A DNA stretch of 55,578 nt from a candidate division WWE3 bacterium (GCA_012798315.1 JAAZNL010000020.1:1-55578); one strand, 5' to 3'; counted from the stretch's first letter, positions 17,457 to 28,652 are shown. Notes: generated from the letters alone by a model not told the origin. A program made the numbers and translations.

Positions 17457-20400
17457 ATGAAAGATTTGAGCCAACTAAGAGATTTCGACGGAATTAGAAT
17501 ATATCTTGCCTCTAGCGATGAGGTTTTGAAGTGGTCTTACGGTGAAGTTACAAAGCCGGAAACCATCAATTACAGAACCTTTAAACCTGAACGTGAGGGT
17601 CTTTTTGACGAACGTATTTTCGGACCTGTAAAAAACTTTGAGTGTTATTGCGGTAAATACAAAGGTATACGCTACAAAGGCGTTATCTGCGATAAATGCG
17701 GTGTAGAAGTTACACACTCCAGAGTTAGAAGAGAAAGAATGGGACATATCAAACTGGCTACTCCTGTAGCGCATGTTTGGTTTTTTAAGGGAATCCCATC
17801 AAAAATGGCATTATTGCTGGATTTAACACCCAGAAACGTGGAATCCGTTATTTACTTTGCTTCATTTATTGTTACCGATATCGACGGCAAACGAAAAGCT
17901 GAAGCAATTTCTGCGGTAGAGAAGGATTTAGAAAAATCCAAGATCACCATCCAAAAAGAGCTTGATTTGAAACTAAAAGAATTTGAAGATGAGATTTCCA
18001 AATTAAATAAATCCAAAGACGAACTAAAAGCACAGGAAGAAGAACACAAAATCAGACAAAAAATGCAGACCATCAAAAATTCTTACGATAAAAGATTTGA
18101 AGAACAGGAAAAAAGCTTTAAGTTAATTCAGAAAAAAATTGAGAGTGTGGAGCTTTTCTCAGTAATTTCTGACAATGAGTATCTTTCACTTTACATGTAC
18201 TTAGACAAATTCTGTACCTTAGAAATAGGTGCAGAAGCTTTGCAAGGTATTTTAGAAAAAATGGATCTTAATCAGCTTTCGAGCAAATTAAGATTAGAAT
18301 CTCAGACAGCAAAAGGTCAAAAGGCAGCTAAAATATACAAAAGATTAAAGGTCGTCGAACAGTTTAGAAGATCTTTAATTGATCCTTCAAGAATGATTTT
18401 AAGCGTTATTCCTGTAATACCTCCAGATTTACGACCAATGGTTCAGCTGGAAGGCGGACGTTTTGCCAGTTCAGACTTGAACGATTTATACCGAAGATTA
18501 ATAAACAGAAACAATCGTTTGAATCGTTTATTAAGTCTTGGTGCTCCTGAAATTATTGTAAGAAACGAAAAAAGAATGCTTCAGGAAGCAGTGGATGCCT
18601 TATTTGATTCTTCAAAACAAAGACAAAAAACAAGAGTAACAAGATGTAAAAAAGAACTTAGATCCCTGTCTGACATGATTAAAGGTAAACAAGGAATCTT
18701 TAGACTTAATTTACTTGGTAAACGTGTAGATTACTCAGGTAGAGCAGTTATTATCAATGGACCGGAATTGAATTTGGATCAATGCGGTTTACCAAAAGAG
18801 ATGGCTTTAGAACTATTCAAGCCGTTAATACTAAGAGAAGTTTTAGCAAAAGGCTATGCACCCAACGTTAAAAGTGCGAAGTTCTTTGTAGAACAAAGAA
18901 GTTCTGAAGTATGGGACATTTTAGAACAGGTTGTTTACAACCATCCGGTACTTTTAAATCGTGCCCCAACGCTTTGGAAGCTTGGTATACAGGCATTTTA
19001 TCCAAAACTAATTGAAGGTAACGCAATCAGATTACACCTTTGTGTCTGTTCCGGTTTTAACGCAGACTTTGACGGCGACCAAATGGCCGTTCATGTACCG
19101 CTCTCCGAGGAGGCACAAGAAGAGGCACGAACCATTATGATTTCTACAAATAACTTGTTGAATCCTTCTAATGGCGCACCAATGTCTATTCCAACAAAAA
19201 TTATGTTGTTTGGCGTTTATTACATGACTTCGGTAGATCACGCTTTAGAGCCCTATGTAACACCAATATCCAACAAGAGTAAAATGATATATGCAATGGA
19301 GAGTGGTATAAACAAGCTTCATTTAAGACAACCGATCAAAATGTATATAAACGGCGAATTAACCGAAACTACCCCGGGACGAGTGTTTTTCAACGAAATT
19401 GTACCGACGGCATTTGGATTTATGAACCAGACATTTGATAAGAAACAAGTAGTAAAGCTCTTGGAAAAAGCGTTCGACAGGGAAGAACACATAGTGGTTG
19501 TTAAATTAATAGACTCGATTAAAAACTACGGCTTACAATACGGTACATTAGCAGGTCAGTCCGTATCTTTGCACGATATTGAAGTGCCAAAACTAAGAGA
19601 AGATCTACAGGATCAAGGTAAAAAATCAGTTGCTGAAATTGATAAGAACTACAAGAGAGGTTTAATTACCAAGTCTGAGGCACAAAGACTTACTGAAGAA
19701 GTTTGGAACAAGGTTATAGCCGATTTAGATAATGCCGTTTGGGATAATTTAGAGGACGAAAATCCTGTAAAAGTTTTGGTTAAGTCAGGTTCAACCAGAG
19801 CCTCACGGGACCAGGTTAAGCAAATCGCAGGTATGGTCGGTCTTAAAATGGACCCGACAGGTAAAGTCGTAGAATTCCCTATTTTAGGCAACTACAAATA
19901 CGGTCTTTCCGCTTTGGAATACTTTGTAGGCGCCAGAGGAGCTAGAAAGGGTTTGGTAGATAAAGGCTTAAAGACAGCAGACGCGGGTTATTTGACCAGA
20001 AGATTAGTGGATGTTTCTCAGGACGTAATAATTAGAGAAGCTGATTGTGGTACTGACAAGGGCCGAAGAATGAAAGTTGGCGAAGGTACCATCTTAATGA
20101 CCTTTGCGGATAGAGTTTTTGGCAGAATCCTATCTCAGGATGTCAAAAGCGGAAAAACAGTATTGGTCAAAAGAGACACAATGTTAACCCGCGATGATAT
20201 CCAAAAAATTGAAGAAGCCAAAGTTGAATACATTTACATTAGATCTCCCTTACACTGCGAAACCCGCCGAGGTATGTGTGCCCGCTGCTACGGCTCTGAT
20301 TTAATGACAGGAAACCTAGTAAGAATGGGTTTGGCTGTTGGTGTCTCTGCCGCGCAGTCCATTGGTGAACCCGGAACCCAGCTGACAATGAGAACATTCC

Positions 20401-21137
20401 ACACGGGAGGTATTGTTGGCAAGGATATTACCCAAGGTTTGCCAAGAGTAGAAGAATTAGTAGAAGCACGAGCTCCTAAATTTTTGTCCACAATGACCGA
20501 AATTGCGGGTACTGTTAAAATTGTTAAAAATGGTGATGACAGAAAGATCTTAGTTACCGCTATTGATCCACATGAGGAAAATCAGTTGGTAGAATACAGC
20601 GTAGATCCGATTGCAGAAATTATTGTCCAAGATGGTCAATACGTTGGAAAAGGCGACAAATTAACCTCAGGACACTTGGATTTAACAGATTTACTTAGAA
20701 CTGTCGGCGTTGACGAAACAAAGAGATACATCATTGAAGAAGTTCAAAAGGTATATGCTTCTCAAGGTGTTGCTATTAACGACAAACATATTGAAGTTAT
20801 AGTTAAACAGATGTTTAATCACGTAAAGATTGAGGATCCGGGCGACACAGAATTTATGGTGGGAGAAATAGCTACCAAAGCTCACTTCGAAGAAGAAAAC
20901 GAAGAAGTAATTGCCGGAGGAGGTACTCCAGCAACCGCAAAGTTAACTTTACTTGGTATTACCAAGGCTTCGTTAAACACAGACAGTTTCTTATCTGCAG
21001 CTTCGTTTATTCAAACAAGCGGAGTATTGACCGATGCAGCAGCGTCTGGTAGAGTTGATAACTTGTTAGGGCTAAAAGAAAACGTTATTATAGGAAGGAA
21101 AATTCCGACCGGCGATAAAGCCCAATTAGATCAGTGA
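17457..21137 (+). CDS. rpoC: DNA-directed RNA polymerase subunit beta'
   Basis: 1226 aa. Zinc motif CYCGKYKGIRYKGVICDKCGVEV and catalytic NADFDGDQMAVH. Ends at a TGA. Confidence 0.97.
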   Translation: MKDLSQLRDFDGIRIYLASSDEVLKWSYGEVTKPETINYRTFKPEREGLFDERIFGPVKNFECYCGKYKGIRYKGVICDKCGVEVTHSRVRRERMGHIKLATPVAHVWFFKGIPSKMALLLDLTPRNVESVIYFASFIVTDIDGKRKAEAISAVEKDLEKSKITIQKELDLKLKEFEDEISKLNKSKDELKAQEEEHKIRQKMQTIKNSYDKRFEEQEKSFKLIQKKIESVELFSVISDNEYLSLYMYLDKFCTLEIGAEALQGILEKMDLNQLSSKLRLESQTAKGQKAAKIYKRLKVVEQFRRSLIDPSRMILSVIPVIPPDLRPMVQLEGGRFASSDLNDLYRRLINRNNRLNRLLSLGAPEIIVRNEKRMLQEAVDALFDSSKQRQKTRVTRCKKELRSLSDMIKGKQGIFRLNLLGKRVDYSGRAVIINGPELNLDQCGLPKEMALELFKPLILREVLAKGYAPNVKSAKFFVEQRSSEVWDILEQVVYNHPVLLNRAPTLWKLGIQAFYPKLIEGNAIRLHLCVCSGFNADFDGDQMAVHVPLSEEAQEEARTIMISTNNLLNPSNGAPMSIPTKIMLFGVYYMTSVDHALEPYVTPISNKSKMIYAMESGINKLHLRQPIKMYINGELTETTPGRVFFNEIVPTAFGFMNQTFDKKQVVKLLEKAFDREEHIVVVKLIDSIKNYGLQYGTLAGQSVSLHDIEVPKLREDLQDQGKKSVAEIDKNYKRGLITKSEAQRLTEEVWNKVIADLDNAVWDNLEDENPVKVLVKSGSTRASRDQVKQIAGMVGLKMDPTGKVVEFPILGNYKYGLSALEYFVGARGARKGLVDKGLKTADAGYLTRRLVDVSQDVIIREADCGTDKGRRMKVGEGTILMTFADRVFGRILSQDVKSGKTVLVKRDTMLTRDDIQKIEEAKVEYIYIRSPLHCETRRGMCARCYGSDLMTGNLVRMGLAVGVSAAQSIGEPGTQLTMRTFHTGGIVGKDITQGLPRVEELVEARAPKFLSTMTEIAGTVKIVKNGDDRKILVTAIDPHEENQLVEYSVDPIAEIIVQDGQYVGKGDKLTSGHLDLTDLLRTVGVDETKRYIIEEVQKVYASQGVAINDKHIEVIVKQMFNHVKIEDPGDTEFMVGEIATKAHFEEENEEVIAGGGTPATAKLTLLGITKASLNTDSFLSAASFIQTSGVLTDAAASGRVDNLLGLKENVIIGRKIPTGDKAQLDQ

Positions 21138-21176
21138 GCCCTGAGTACAGGTCTCTTAAAAAAAGGAAATAAATGT

Positions 21177-21599
21177 ATGCCAACTATTAGTCAATTAGTA
21201 AGAAATGCAAGACAAAAGAAAATAAAAAAAGCAAAAACACCAGCTTTAAAAGAAGCCTTTAACACAATAAAAAGGCGTGTTAATAGTTTTCCAAGTCCTT
21301 TTAAAAGAGGAGTAGTTTTGCAGGTAAAAACTCAAACACCTAAAAAGCCGAACTCAGCTTTACGAAAAGTTGCCAGGGTCAGGCTTTCGAACAAAAGGGA
21401 AGTAACTGCCTACATTCCCGGAGAAGGACACAATTTACAGGAGCACTCTGTTGTAATGGTTAAAGGCGGTAAGGTTCAAGATCTGCCGGGTATTAAGTTC
21501 ACTATCGTTCGTGGTACATTTGATCTTGCAGGTGTACAGAAAAGATCAACGTCCAGATCAATTTACGGTACCAAGAAAGCAAAGAAGGCTAAGGCATAA
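21177..21599 (+). CDS. rpsL: 30S ribosomal protein S12
   Basis: [10 protein letters not shown]... and [18 protein letters not shown] motifs. Confidence 0.95.
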   Translation: MPTISQLVRNARQKKIKKAKTPALKEAFNTIKRRVNSFPSPFKRGVVLQVKTQTPKKPNSALRKVARVRLSNKREVTAYIPGEGHNLQEHSVVMVKGGKVQDLPGIKFTIVRGTFDLAGVQKRSTSRSIYGTKKAKKAKA

Positions 21600-21601
21600 G
21601 T

Positions 21602-22072
21602 ATGAGAGCAGGTAACTTAAAAAAACGAATAATACAAAACGATCCAATTCATAAATCAAAAATGGTAACCCGTTTGGTTAACACAGTTATGCTTCATGGT
21701 AAAAAAACAATAGCCGAATCTACGGTTTATCATGCAATTGATATGCTGGCCGAAGATAAAAAAGAAGGTCTGAGAATGTTTGAACAAGCCTTGAAGAACG
21801 TTATGCCTCAACAGGAAGTCAGATCCAGACGTGTCGGTGGTGCAACATATCAGGTTCCTATGCCTTTAAAACACGATAGGGCAGAAGCCTTAGCTGTAAG
21901 ATGGATAATTAAGGCCGCCAGATCAAGAAAAGGCAAACCAATTCAGGTTAAACTATACGAAGAGTTAAAAAATGCTTATGACGGTGTAGGGGATGCTATC
22001 CGAAAGAGAGATGAAACTCACAAGATGGCAGAAGCTAATAAGGCATTTTCTCACTTTGCTAAATTTAATTAA
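21602..22072 (+). CDS. rpsG: 30S ribosomal protein S7
   Basis: VRSRRVGGATYQVPMPL motif. Canonical str-operon position. Confidence 0.95.
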   Translation: MRAGNLKKRIIQNDPIHKSKMVTRLVNTVMLHGKKTIAESTVYHAIDMLAEDKKEGLRMFEQALKNVMPQQEVRSRRVGGATYQVPMPLKHDRAEALAVRWIIKAARSRKGKPIQVKLYEELKNAYDGVGDAIRKRDETHKMAEANKAFSHFAKFN

Positions 22073-22121
22073 TTTCCGCTCGGTTATTATTTACGTCAGA
22101 TAACTGCGCTATAAGTGATCT

Positions 22122-24206
22122 ATGGCCGAAGAAAAAAATAAAACATATCCTTTAGAGAAGATTAGAAATATAGGTATTATTGCTCATATTGATGCAGGAA
22201 AGACTACTACATCAGAACGAATTCTATATTACACCGGTAAGTCCCACAAAATTGGTGAAGTTCATGAAGGTGCGGCTCAAATGGACTGGATGGCGCAGGA
22301 AAGAGAACGCGGTATCACTATTACTTCCGCGGCTACCACATGTTTTTGGAAAGACACTAGAATTAACATTATTGATACTCCCGGCCACGTTGATTTTACA
22401 GCAGAAGTAGAAAGATCACTTCGAGTTTTGGACGGAGGGGTTATCTTATTAGATTCTTCTCAGGGTGTAGAGCCTCAGTCAGAAACCGTTTACAGGCAAG
22501 CTGAAAAGTATCACGTTCCGCTTTTATTTTTTGCAAACAAACTGGACAAGGTGGGCGGAGATTTTTATATGTCTCTCGACTCAATAAAAGAGCGCCTAAC
22601 TCCTCACGCCGTGGCTGTGCAACTTCCGATTGGTATAGAGGGTGATTTTAAATCAATCATTGATCTGATTGAAAAGAAGGCATACACGTTTGAGGGAAAA
22701 TTAGGCGAAACAATTACAGAAGTACCGATTCCGGAAAGTATGAAAGAAAAAGTAGAAGAATATAGGAATATACTAATTGAAAAAGTAGCTGAATCAGACG
22801 ATACCTTGATTGAAAAATACCTGGGTGGTGAAACTTTGACCAATGAGGAAGTCAGATCAGGACTTAGAAAAATGACAATTCAGGCTAAGATTTTTCCGGT
22901 ATTCTGCGGATCCGCTTTGAGTAATATCGGAGTTCAATTACTGCTTGATGGTGTTGTTGCCTATTTGCCTTCTCCCAAGGATGTCGGACACGTTATTGGC
23001 CATAAACCGCAAAGTGATGAAACTGTAGATTTAATGCCCGATGAAAATGGCCCGTTCGTAGCCTTGGCCTTTAAAATTCAAACCGATCCTTACGTAGGCA
23101 GACTAACCTACTTTAGAGTTTATTCGGGAAAACTTGATGCCGGTTCATACCTGTTGAATGCTACGCAAGATAAAAAAGAAAGATTAGGCAGAATACTTTT
23201 AATGCATGCGAATCACAGGGAAGAAATTAAGGAAATTAAAGCAGGTGAAATTGCCGCAGCTGTAGGCTTAGAAGCTAAAACCGGAGACACTCTTTGCACT
23301 GAACAAGTACCGTTGATTTTAGAATCTATATCATTTGCGGAACCCGTCATTGGCATTGTGTTGGAGCCAAAAACCAAAGCAGATCGAGATAAAATGTCGG
23401 ATGCCATTAAGAAATTTTTAGAAGAAGACCCTACTTTAAAAGTTAAAACCGACGAAGAAACATCACAGACCGTTTTATATGGAATGGGTGAATTACATTT
23501 AGACATAATCGTCGACCGAATGAAAAGAGAGTTTAATGTTGAGGTTAACACGGGTAAGCCTCAGGTAGCGTATAGAGAGACGTTCAGAAGTCCGATTGAT
23601 AAAGAAGGCAAACACATCAGACAATCAGGTGGTCGTGGTCAATACGGGCATGTTGTTATTAAGATTGAACCTTTGGAAAGAGGTAAAGGTTTTGAATTTG
23701 TTAACGCCGTTGTTGGTGGAGCTATACCAAGAGAATACATACCTGCAGTTGAAAAAGGTGTCAGGGAGGCCGCAGAGAGTGGCGCGTTAGCCGGTTATCC
23801 TATAGTAGATTTTAAGGCCACTTTACACGATGGTTCTTTCCACGAAGTAGACTCCTCTGAAATGGCCTTTAAGATGGCGGCTATAGAAGCAATACGCGGC
23901 GCGCAACGTGAGGGTGATTCGTTCTTATTGGAACCAATTATGAGTGTTGAGGTCATAGCTCCGGACGATTTTATGGGAGATATCATTGGTAATTTGTCAT
24001 CCAAACGAGGTAAAATCGAAAGTACGGAAAACAGAGGTAATTCTCGAGTAATTAAGGCAAAAGTTCCTTTGGCAGAAATGTTCGGTTATGCGACTGAACT
24101 TAGAGGTATGTCCCAGGGCAGAGCCTCGTTTACCATGGAACCAAGCCATTATGAGGAAGTACCTTCTGGAATAGCAGAGACGATTAAGAACGCTTCGAAG
24201 AAATAG
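22122..24206 (+). CDS. fusA: Elongation factor G
   Basis: 694 aa. [16 protein letters not shown]1 motif, DTPGHVDF, and domain IV/V sequences. Confidence 0.96.
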   Translation: MAEEKNKTYPLEKIRNIGIIAHIDAGKTTTSERILYYTGKSHKIGEVHEGAAQMDWMAQERERGITITSAATTCFWKDTRINIIDTPGHVDFTAEVERSLRVLDGGVILLDSSQGVEPQSETVYRQAEKYHVPLLFFANKLDKVGGDFYMSLDSIKERLTPHAVAVQLPIGIEGDFKSIIDLIEKKAYTFEGKLGETITEVPIPESMKEKVEEYRNILIEKVAESDDTLIEKYLGGETLTNEEVRSGLRKMTIQAKIFPVFCGSALSNIGVQLLLDGVVAYLPSPKDVGHVIGHKPQSDETVDLMPDENGPFVALAFKIQTDPYVGRLTYFRVYSGKLDAGSYLLNATQDKKERLGRILLMHANHREEIKEIKAGEIAAAVGLEAKTGDTLCTEQVPLILESISFAEPVIGIVLEPKTKADRDKMSDAIKKFLEEDPTLKVKTDEETSQTVLYGMGELHLDIIVDRMKREFNVEVNTGKPQVAYRETFRSPIDKEGKHIRQSGGRGQYGHVVIKIEPLERGKGFEFVNAVVGGAIPREYIPAVEKGVREAAESGALAGYPIVDFKATLHDGSFHEVDSSEMAFKMAAIEAIRGAQREGDSFLLEPIMSVEVIAPDDFMGDIIGNLSSKRGKIESTENRGNSRVIKAKVPLAEMFGYATELRGMSQGRASFTMEPSHYEEVPSGIAETIKNASKK

Positions 24207-24406
24207 GTATCGACATGGACAATGGGCCATTTGTTGCCCGTATCTACGAAAAACTCTTGATTTTTCTGTAGTTATTTGTTTAACTATCAACTGCTATTCA
24301 TAATGGCATTTGCGTCTTTTTGGGCGGGCTGAAAAGCTATTCAAGTCGCTCAAAAAAACGAAAAAAACAACGTATATATTTTTCTATAAGTTAAGAAAGG
24401 ACATTT

Positions 24407-25588
24407 ATGGCAGCTGAGTTTGTAAGAAATAAAGAGCACGTCAATATCGGTACTATTGGTCACGTTGACCACGGTAAGACTACTCTTACAGCAGCTATTA
24501 CTAAGGTCTTGTCCGCTAAAGGACAAGCTCAGTACACAGCCTACGAAAATATTGATAAGGCCCCTGAAGAAAGAGAAAGAGGTATTACCATCAATATTAC
24601 TCACGTAGAGTATGAAACTGATAAGAGACATTACGCCCATATCGATGCTCCTGGTCATGCCGACTATATTAAGAACATGATCACCGGTGCCGCACAGATG
24701 GATGGCGCAATTTTAGTTGTTTCCGCTCCGGACGGACCCATGCCTCAAACAAGAGAGCATATCCTTTTGGCAAAACAGGTAAACGTACCAGCAATGATCG
24801 TTTACATGAACAAGTGCGATATGGTTCAGGATCCTGAAATATTGGATTTAGTCGAATTGGAAGTAAGAGAATTATTAACAAAATACGGCTACCCCGGAGA
24901 TAAGACCCCAATAATAAAGGGTTCAGCCTTAAAAGCAATCGAAGGCGATGCCGAAGCAGTCAAAAGTATTGAAGAGTTAATGAAAGCAGTCGACGAGTAT
25001 ATTCCAACTCCGGTACGAGAACTTGATAAACCCTTCCAAATGCCTATCGAAGACGTATTTTCTATTTCAGGTAGAGGTACCGTTGTTACCGGTAGAGTAG
25101 GAAGAGGTTCTGTTAAACTCAACGAAGAAGTTGAAATCGTTGGTATTAAAGATACCGTTAAGACAGTTGTAACCGGTATCGAAATGTTCCACAAACAAAT
25201 GCAGGAATGTCAAGCCGGCGACAATGTAGGCCTTTTGTTAAGAGGTATTGAAAGAACAGGTGTTGAGAGAGGTCAAGTTTTGGCCAAACCCGGCTCCGTT
25301 AAACCTCATACCGAATTCGAAGCTAAGGTATATATCCTTAGACAAGATGAAGGCGGAAGACACAAAGCGTTTTTCAGCGGTTACCGCCCCCAGTTCTACA
25401 TTGGTACAACTGACGTAACCGGTGAAATTACTTTGCCAGAAGGTGTAGAAATGGTTTTACCAGGTGATGAAACTAACTTAAAGGTTAAACTTATTACCCC
25501 GGTAGCCTTAGAAGATGGGTTAAGATTTGCCGTTAGAGAAGGTGGTCATACAGTTGGAGCGGGAGTTATTACAAAGGTAATAGCATAA
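24407..25588 (+). CDS. tuf: Elongation factor Tu
   Basis: [22 protein letters not shown] and NKCD GTPase motifs. 393 aa. Confidence 0.97.
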   Translation: MAAEFVRNKEHVNIGTIGHVDHGKTTLTAAITKVLSAKGQAQYTAYENIDKAPEERERGITINITHVEYETDKRHYAHIDAPGHADYIKNMITGAAQMDGAILVVSAPDGPMPQTREHILLAKQVNVPAMIVYMNKCDMVQDPEILDLVELEVRELLTKYGYPGDKTPIIKGSALKAIEGDAEAVKSIEELMKAVDEYIPTPVRELDKPFQMPIEDVFSISGRGTVVTGRVGRGSVKLNEEVEIVGIKDTVKTVVTGIEMFHKQMQECQAGDNVGLLLRGIERTGVERGQVLAKPGSVKPHTEFEAKVYILRQDEGGRHKAFFSGYRPQFYIGTTDVTGEITLPEGVEMVLPGDETNLKVKLITPVALEDGLRFAVREGGHTVGAGVITKVIA

Positions 25589-25603
25589 GATTGATAAATG
25601 ATG

Positions 25604-25624
25604 GGGCTCGGCTACGCCGAGCCC
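25604..25624 (+). terminator. GC-rich hairpin downstream of tuf (terminator-like or processing/stability element)
   Basis: GGGCTCGGC-tac-GCCGAGCCC, a perfect 9-bp stem. It is followed by TATTTGAC, which is only a weak U tract. rpsJ starts 17 nt later. Confidence 0.45.
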
Positions 25625-25641
25625 TATTTGACTAGACTTTT

Positions 25642-25962
25642 ATGGTTAAAAAACAAACAGATTCGAAAATCAGAATAAAGCTTAAGTCATACGATAGTAG
25701 AATAATTGATCTCAGTTGTTCTAAAATCGTTGATACTGCAATAAGAACTGGCGCTAAGGTGATTGGTCCTATACCTTTGCCAACCAGAATAGAGAAATTT
25801 ACGGTTATTAGGGGACCTCATATCGATAAGAGATCGAGAGAGCAATTTGAGCTTAGAACTCATAAGAGAGTCATTGACGTGATGAATCCGACCAGTTCCA
25901 CGATTGAGAACTTGTCACGTTTAGCCCTTCCGGCTGGCGTCGGCATCTCGATCAAGATGTAA
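25642..25962 (+). CDS. rpsJ: 30S ribosomal protein S10
   Basis: [24 protein letters not shown]...GPIPLPT is an S10 signature. Confidence 0.95.
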   Translation: MVKKQTDSKIRIKLKSYDSRIIDLSCSKIVDTAIRTGAKVIGPIPLPTRIEKFTVIRGPHIDKRSREQFELRTHKRVIDVMNPTSSTIENLSRLALPAGVGISIKM

Positions 25963-26072
25963 TAACGTCTTGGCCGCTTGAGGGTGGCTAAAATGTGACG
26001 GTTTCGCCGTCCGTACCTTCGGTACTGGTAAACGTATCGATCCTAGAAAGTACTGTTGTTACAGCGTTTTTT

Positions 26073-26081
26073 TGGTATAAT
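26073..26081 (+). promoter_or_regulatory. Putative extended -10 promoter inside the rpsJ-rplC spacer
   Basis: TGgTATAAT, preceded by a T7 run. There is no good -35 hexamer. It lies about 125 nt upstream of the rplC ATG. Confidence 0.3.
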
Positions 26082-26207
26082 CGGAAACTTGGAAGATTAA
26101 AACATTAATGATAGGTGTAATAAGTAAAACCTAGATTAGAAAGTAAAAACAAGGAACCTACTATATAGGCGCCTTTGTGCGCCTTAAGTGTTTTTACGTG
26201 TAAATAT

Positions 26208-26633
26208 ATGATGATAAAAGGAAAAAAATTACAAATGAGCCAGGTCTTTTTAGAAACCGGAAAGGTGGTACCGGTAACTCTGATAAAGGCCGAAACAGAA
26301 CTGAATGCTGATTTAGAAAATAAGCAGGCGGAGGTTCAGGGTATTTCAAAAGGTAAAGGTTTTACCGGTGCCATGAAGAAGTGGAATTTTAAAGGTGAGA
26401 TGGCAACCAGAGGTCAGTCAGACAAACCCAGATCCGCTGGTTCTATCGGTGGTCAAACCCCCGGTAGAGTATGGCCCGGTAAAAAAATGGCAGGTCGCCA
26501 TGGAAATTACAAAGTAACTTTAAAGAAGATAAGAATTGTGAAGGTTGATTTGGAAAAGCAGGAATTAATGCTCTCCGGTCCGATCCCGGGTGCCAGAAAT
26601 TCTTCAGTAAAGATAAAAATATATGAAGGTTAA
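26208..26633 (+). CDS. rplC: 50S ribosomal protein L3, unusually short (about 141 aa)
   Basis: MMIKGKKLQMSQVFLETGKVVPVTLI N-terminus and SKGKGFTGAMKKWNF / SAGSIGGQTPGRVWPGKKMAG core. The ATG at 26208/26211 is preferred over the track's TTG at 26175. Confidence 0.85.
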   Translation: MMIKGKKLQMSQVFLETGKVVPVTLIKAETELNADLENKQAEVQGISKGKGFTGAMKKWNFKGEMATRGQSDKPRSAGSIGGQTPGRVWPGKKMAGRHGNYKVTLKKIRIVKVDLEKQELMLSGPIPGARNSSVKIKIYEG

Positions 26634-27255
26634 TTTATTCGATACAAAAGGTAATATTGCAGGAGAATTGACATTAAATGATGCCATATTCGGTGTTGAT
26701 CCTAATTTTGAAACTATCAAACAATATATTTACGTGTACCTTACAAATCAAAGACAGGGAACAAGCTCTACAAAAACGAGAGGTGAAGTTCAGGGGAGTG
26801 CTGCTAAACCATGGGCTCAAAAAGGAACCGGTCGCGCCAGAGCCGGAGAAAAAAGAAACCCTATTTGGCGCCACGGCGGAATAGCGCATGGTCCAAAACC
26901 AAAAGATTGGCGAATTAAAGTTTCACGATCAGTTCGAGATTCAGCTTTTATATCAGCTTTGTCTCTTTTAGCGCAAAAGAGTGCATTATCAGCTGTAGAA
27001 AAGTTGAACTTTGAAAAGCCTGAGACAAAAGTTGCAAATGTATTTGTAAAAAATACCGGTTTAAAGGGCAAAACTTTATTGGTTTTGGGATCTCACGATA
27101 AAAATATTGTTAAAAGTTTTTCGAATATTAAGGATGTTGAAACTACACTTGCCAACAACCTTAATGTTTATGATCTGATGAACACTAAAAATGTAATCTT
27201 TGAAAAAAGTGCATTAGAATCCTTTGAAAAAAAGTTTTTAGGCGGGGAATTATAA
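26623..27255 (+). CDS. rplD: 50S ribosomal protein L4
   Basis: PWAQKGTGRARAGEKRNPIWRHGGIAHGPKP motif. Confidence 0.95.
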   Translation: MKVNLFDTKGNIAGELTLNDAIFGVDPNFETIKQYIYVYLTNQRQGTSSTKTRGEVQGSAAKPWAQKGTGRARAGEKRNPIWRHGGIAHGPKPKDWRIKVSRSVRDSAFISALSLLAQKSALSAVEKLNFEKPETKVANVFVKNTGLKGKTLLVLGSHDKNIVKSFSNIKDVETTLANNLNVYDLMNTKNVIFEKSALESFEKKFLGGEL

Positions 27256-27256
27256 T

Positions 27257-27553
27257 ATGAATTTGGACAAGAAATTAGTAAGACCAATAGTTACCGAAAA
27301 AAGTATGGGATTAACCAATGCTAATATGTATGTTTTCCAGGTTGCTATGGGAGCTACCAAAGGTGCTGTTGAAGCTGAATTAAAAAGAGTTTTTGGTGTT
27401 GATGTTCTAGAAATTAAGACAATGATTATGCCCGGTAAAAAGAAAAGAATTTTGAAAACGTATAGATTTAAAACTACACCAAAATGGAAAAAAGCAATTG
27501 TTAAGTTAAAGGAAGGTCAAAAAATTGACTTATTTCCTAAAGAGGGCAAATAA
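27257..27553 (+). CDS. rplW: 50S ribosomal protein L23
   Basis: VRPIVTEKSM N-terminus. Position between rplD and rplB. Confidence 0.93.
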   Translation: MNLDKKLVRPIVTEKSMGLTNANMYVFQVAMGATKGAVEAELKRVFGVDVLEIKTMIMPGKKKRILKTYRFKTTPKWKKAIVKLKEGQKIDLFPKEGK

Positions 27554-27555
27554 AC

Positions 27556-28383
27556 ATGATAAGAAGTTATAAACCTACAACACCAAGTACACGATTTAGA
27601 AAAAGTCTTATACGAAATGTTGATGATGTAAGACCGTTGAAGACGTTAACTAAAAGTTTGGTAGGTCCCGCAGGAAGGTCTCACGGCCGGGTAAGTACAA
27701 GACACAAGTCCCGCGGTGCGAAGAATTTGTATAGGTTAATAGATTTTAAACGAAACAAGTTTAATATTCCCGCAAAAGTAGCGACTATAGAGTACGATCC
27801 CAACAGAGGTGCGGATATTGCTCTTTTACACTATGTAGATGGGGAAAAAAGGTATATACTGGCTCCCGAAGGTTTACAGGTAGGGGTAACAATAGTATCA
27901 GGTCCTTCTGCCGAGCCCGTATTGGGAAATGCATTACCTTTGGAGAATATTCCACTTGGTATGAGTATTCATAATATTGAGCTTAACCCGGGTGGCGGTG
28001 GAGTACTTGCCCGAGGCGCAGGAAATTCCGCTCAGATTTTGGCCAAAGAGGGAAACTTTGTAAACATCAAACTTCCCAGTGGTGAAGTCAAAAAGGTGCA
28101 GTCTAAGTGTTATGCTACCATTGGTGTACTTACAAACATGGATTTACGCAATGTTGTTTTGGGTAAGGCCGGCAGAAACAGACATTTGGGCGTCAGACCA
28201 GCTGTAAGAGGTGTTGCTATGTCAAACCCGAGAAAAGATCACCCACACGGTGGTTCCTACAAATCAACCGGTGTTGGTATGCCTTCACCAAAGACTCCTT
28301 GGGGTAAGAAAACAAGGGGTGTAAAGACCAGAAAGAGATCAAGAACTGACTTTACTATAGTTAAGGACAGGAGATCAAAATAA
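27556..28383 (+). CDS. rplB: 50S ribosomal protein L2
   Basis: [19 protein letters not shown] and [12 protein letters not shown] motifs. Confidence 0.96.
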   Translation: MIRSYKPTTPSTRFRKSLIRNVDDVRPLKTLTKSLVGPAGRSHGRVSTRHKSRGAKNLYRLIDFKRNKFNIPAKVATIEYDPNRGADIALLHYVDGEKRYILAPEGLQVGVTIVSGPSAEPVLGNALPLENIPLGMSIHNIELNPGGGGVLARGAGNSAQILAKEGNFVNIKLPSGEVKKVQSKCYATIGVLTNMDLRNVVLGKAGRNRHLGVRPAVRGVAMSNPRKDHPHGGSYKSTGVGMPSPKTPWGKKTRGVKTRKRSRTDFTIVKDRRSK

Positions 28384-28384
28384 T

Positions 28385-28651
28385 ATGACACGATCATTTA
28401 AAAAAGGTATTTATATAGACGAAAAACTGGCGAAAAAAGTAGCTAAGGCTAAAGAGACCGGCGACAGAAAAGCAATAAAGACCTGGTCTCGAAGATGCAC
28501 AATTATTCCGGATATGGTCGGTTTAACAATTGATGTTTATAACGGTAAAAAACATATTCCGGTATTTGTAACTGAAGCAATGGTTGGGCATAGATTAGGC
28601 GAATTTTCACCTACCAGAACATTTAGAGCCCATTCGTCTAAGAAAGAATAA
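28385..28651 (+). CDS. rpsS: 30S ribosomal protein S19
   Basis: [42 protein letters not shown]. Confidence 0.95.
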   Translation: MTRSFKKGIYIDEKLAKKVAKAKETGDRKAIKTWSRRCTIIPDMVGLTIDVYNGKKHIPVFVTEAMVGHRLGEFSPTRTFRAHSSKKE

Positions 28652-28652
28652 T

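Noticed and set aside
24207-24406. A tRNA or small RNA gene in the 200-nt fusA-tuf spacer, and likewise in 25963-26207.
   Set aside because: I found no GTTCRA-type T-loop box and no acceptor-stem or anticodon-arm pairing. The fusA-tuf spacer is better explained as a promoter and leader (a possible TTGTTT, 17 nt, CATAAT arrangement). This is a by-eye check only and should be confirmed with tRNAscan-SE and Infernal.
26175-26207. The track's TTG start for rplC (MCALSVFTCKY extension), and the TTG start at 5252 for infA.
   Set aside because: The extensions are not L3-like or IF-1-like. The rplC extension runs through the GGCGC/GCGCC leader hairpin, and the infA extension swallows its own predicted promoter. 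In-frame ATGs give family-typical N-termini.
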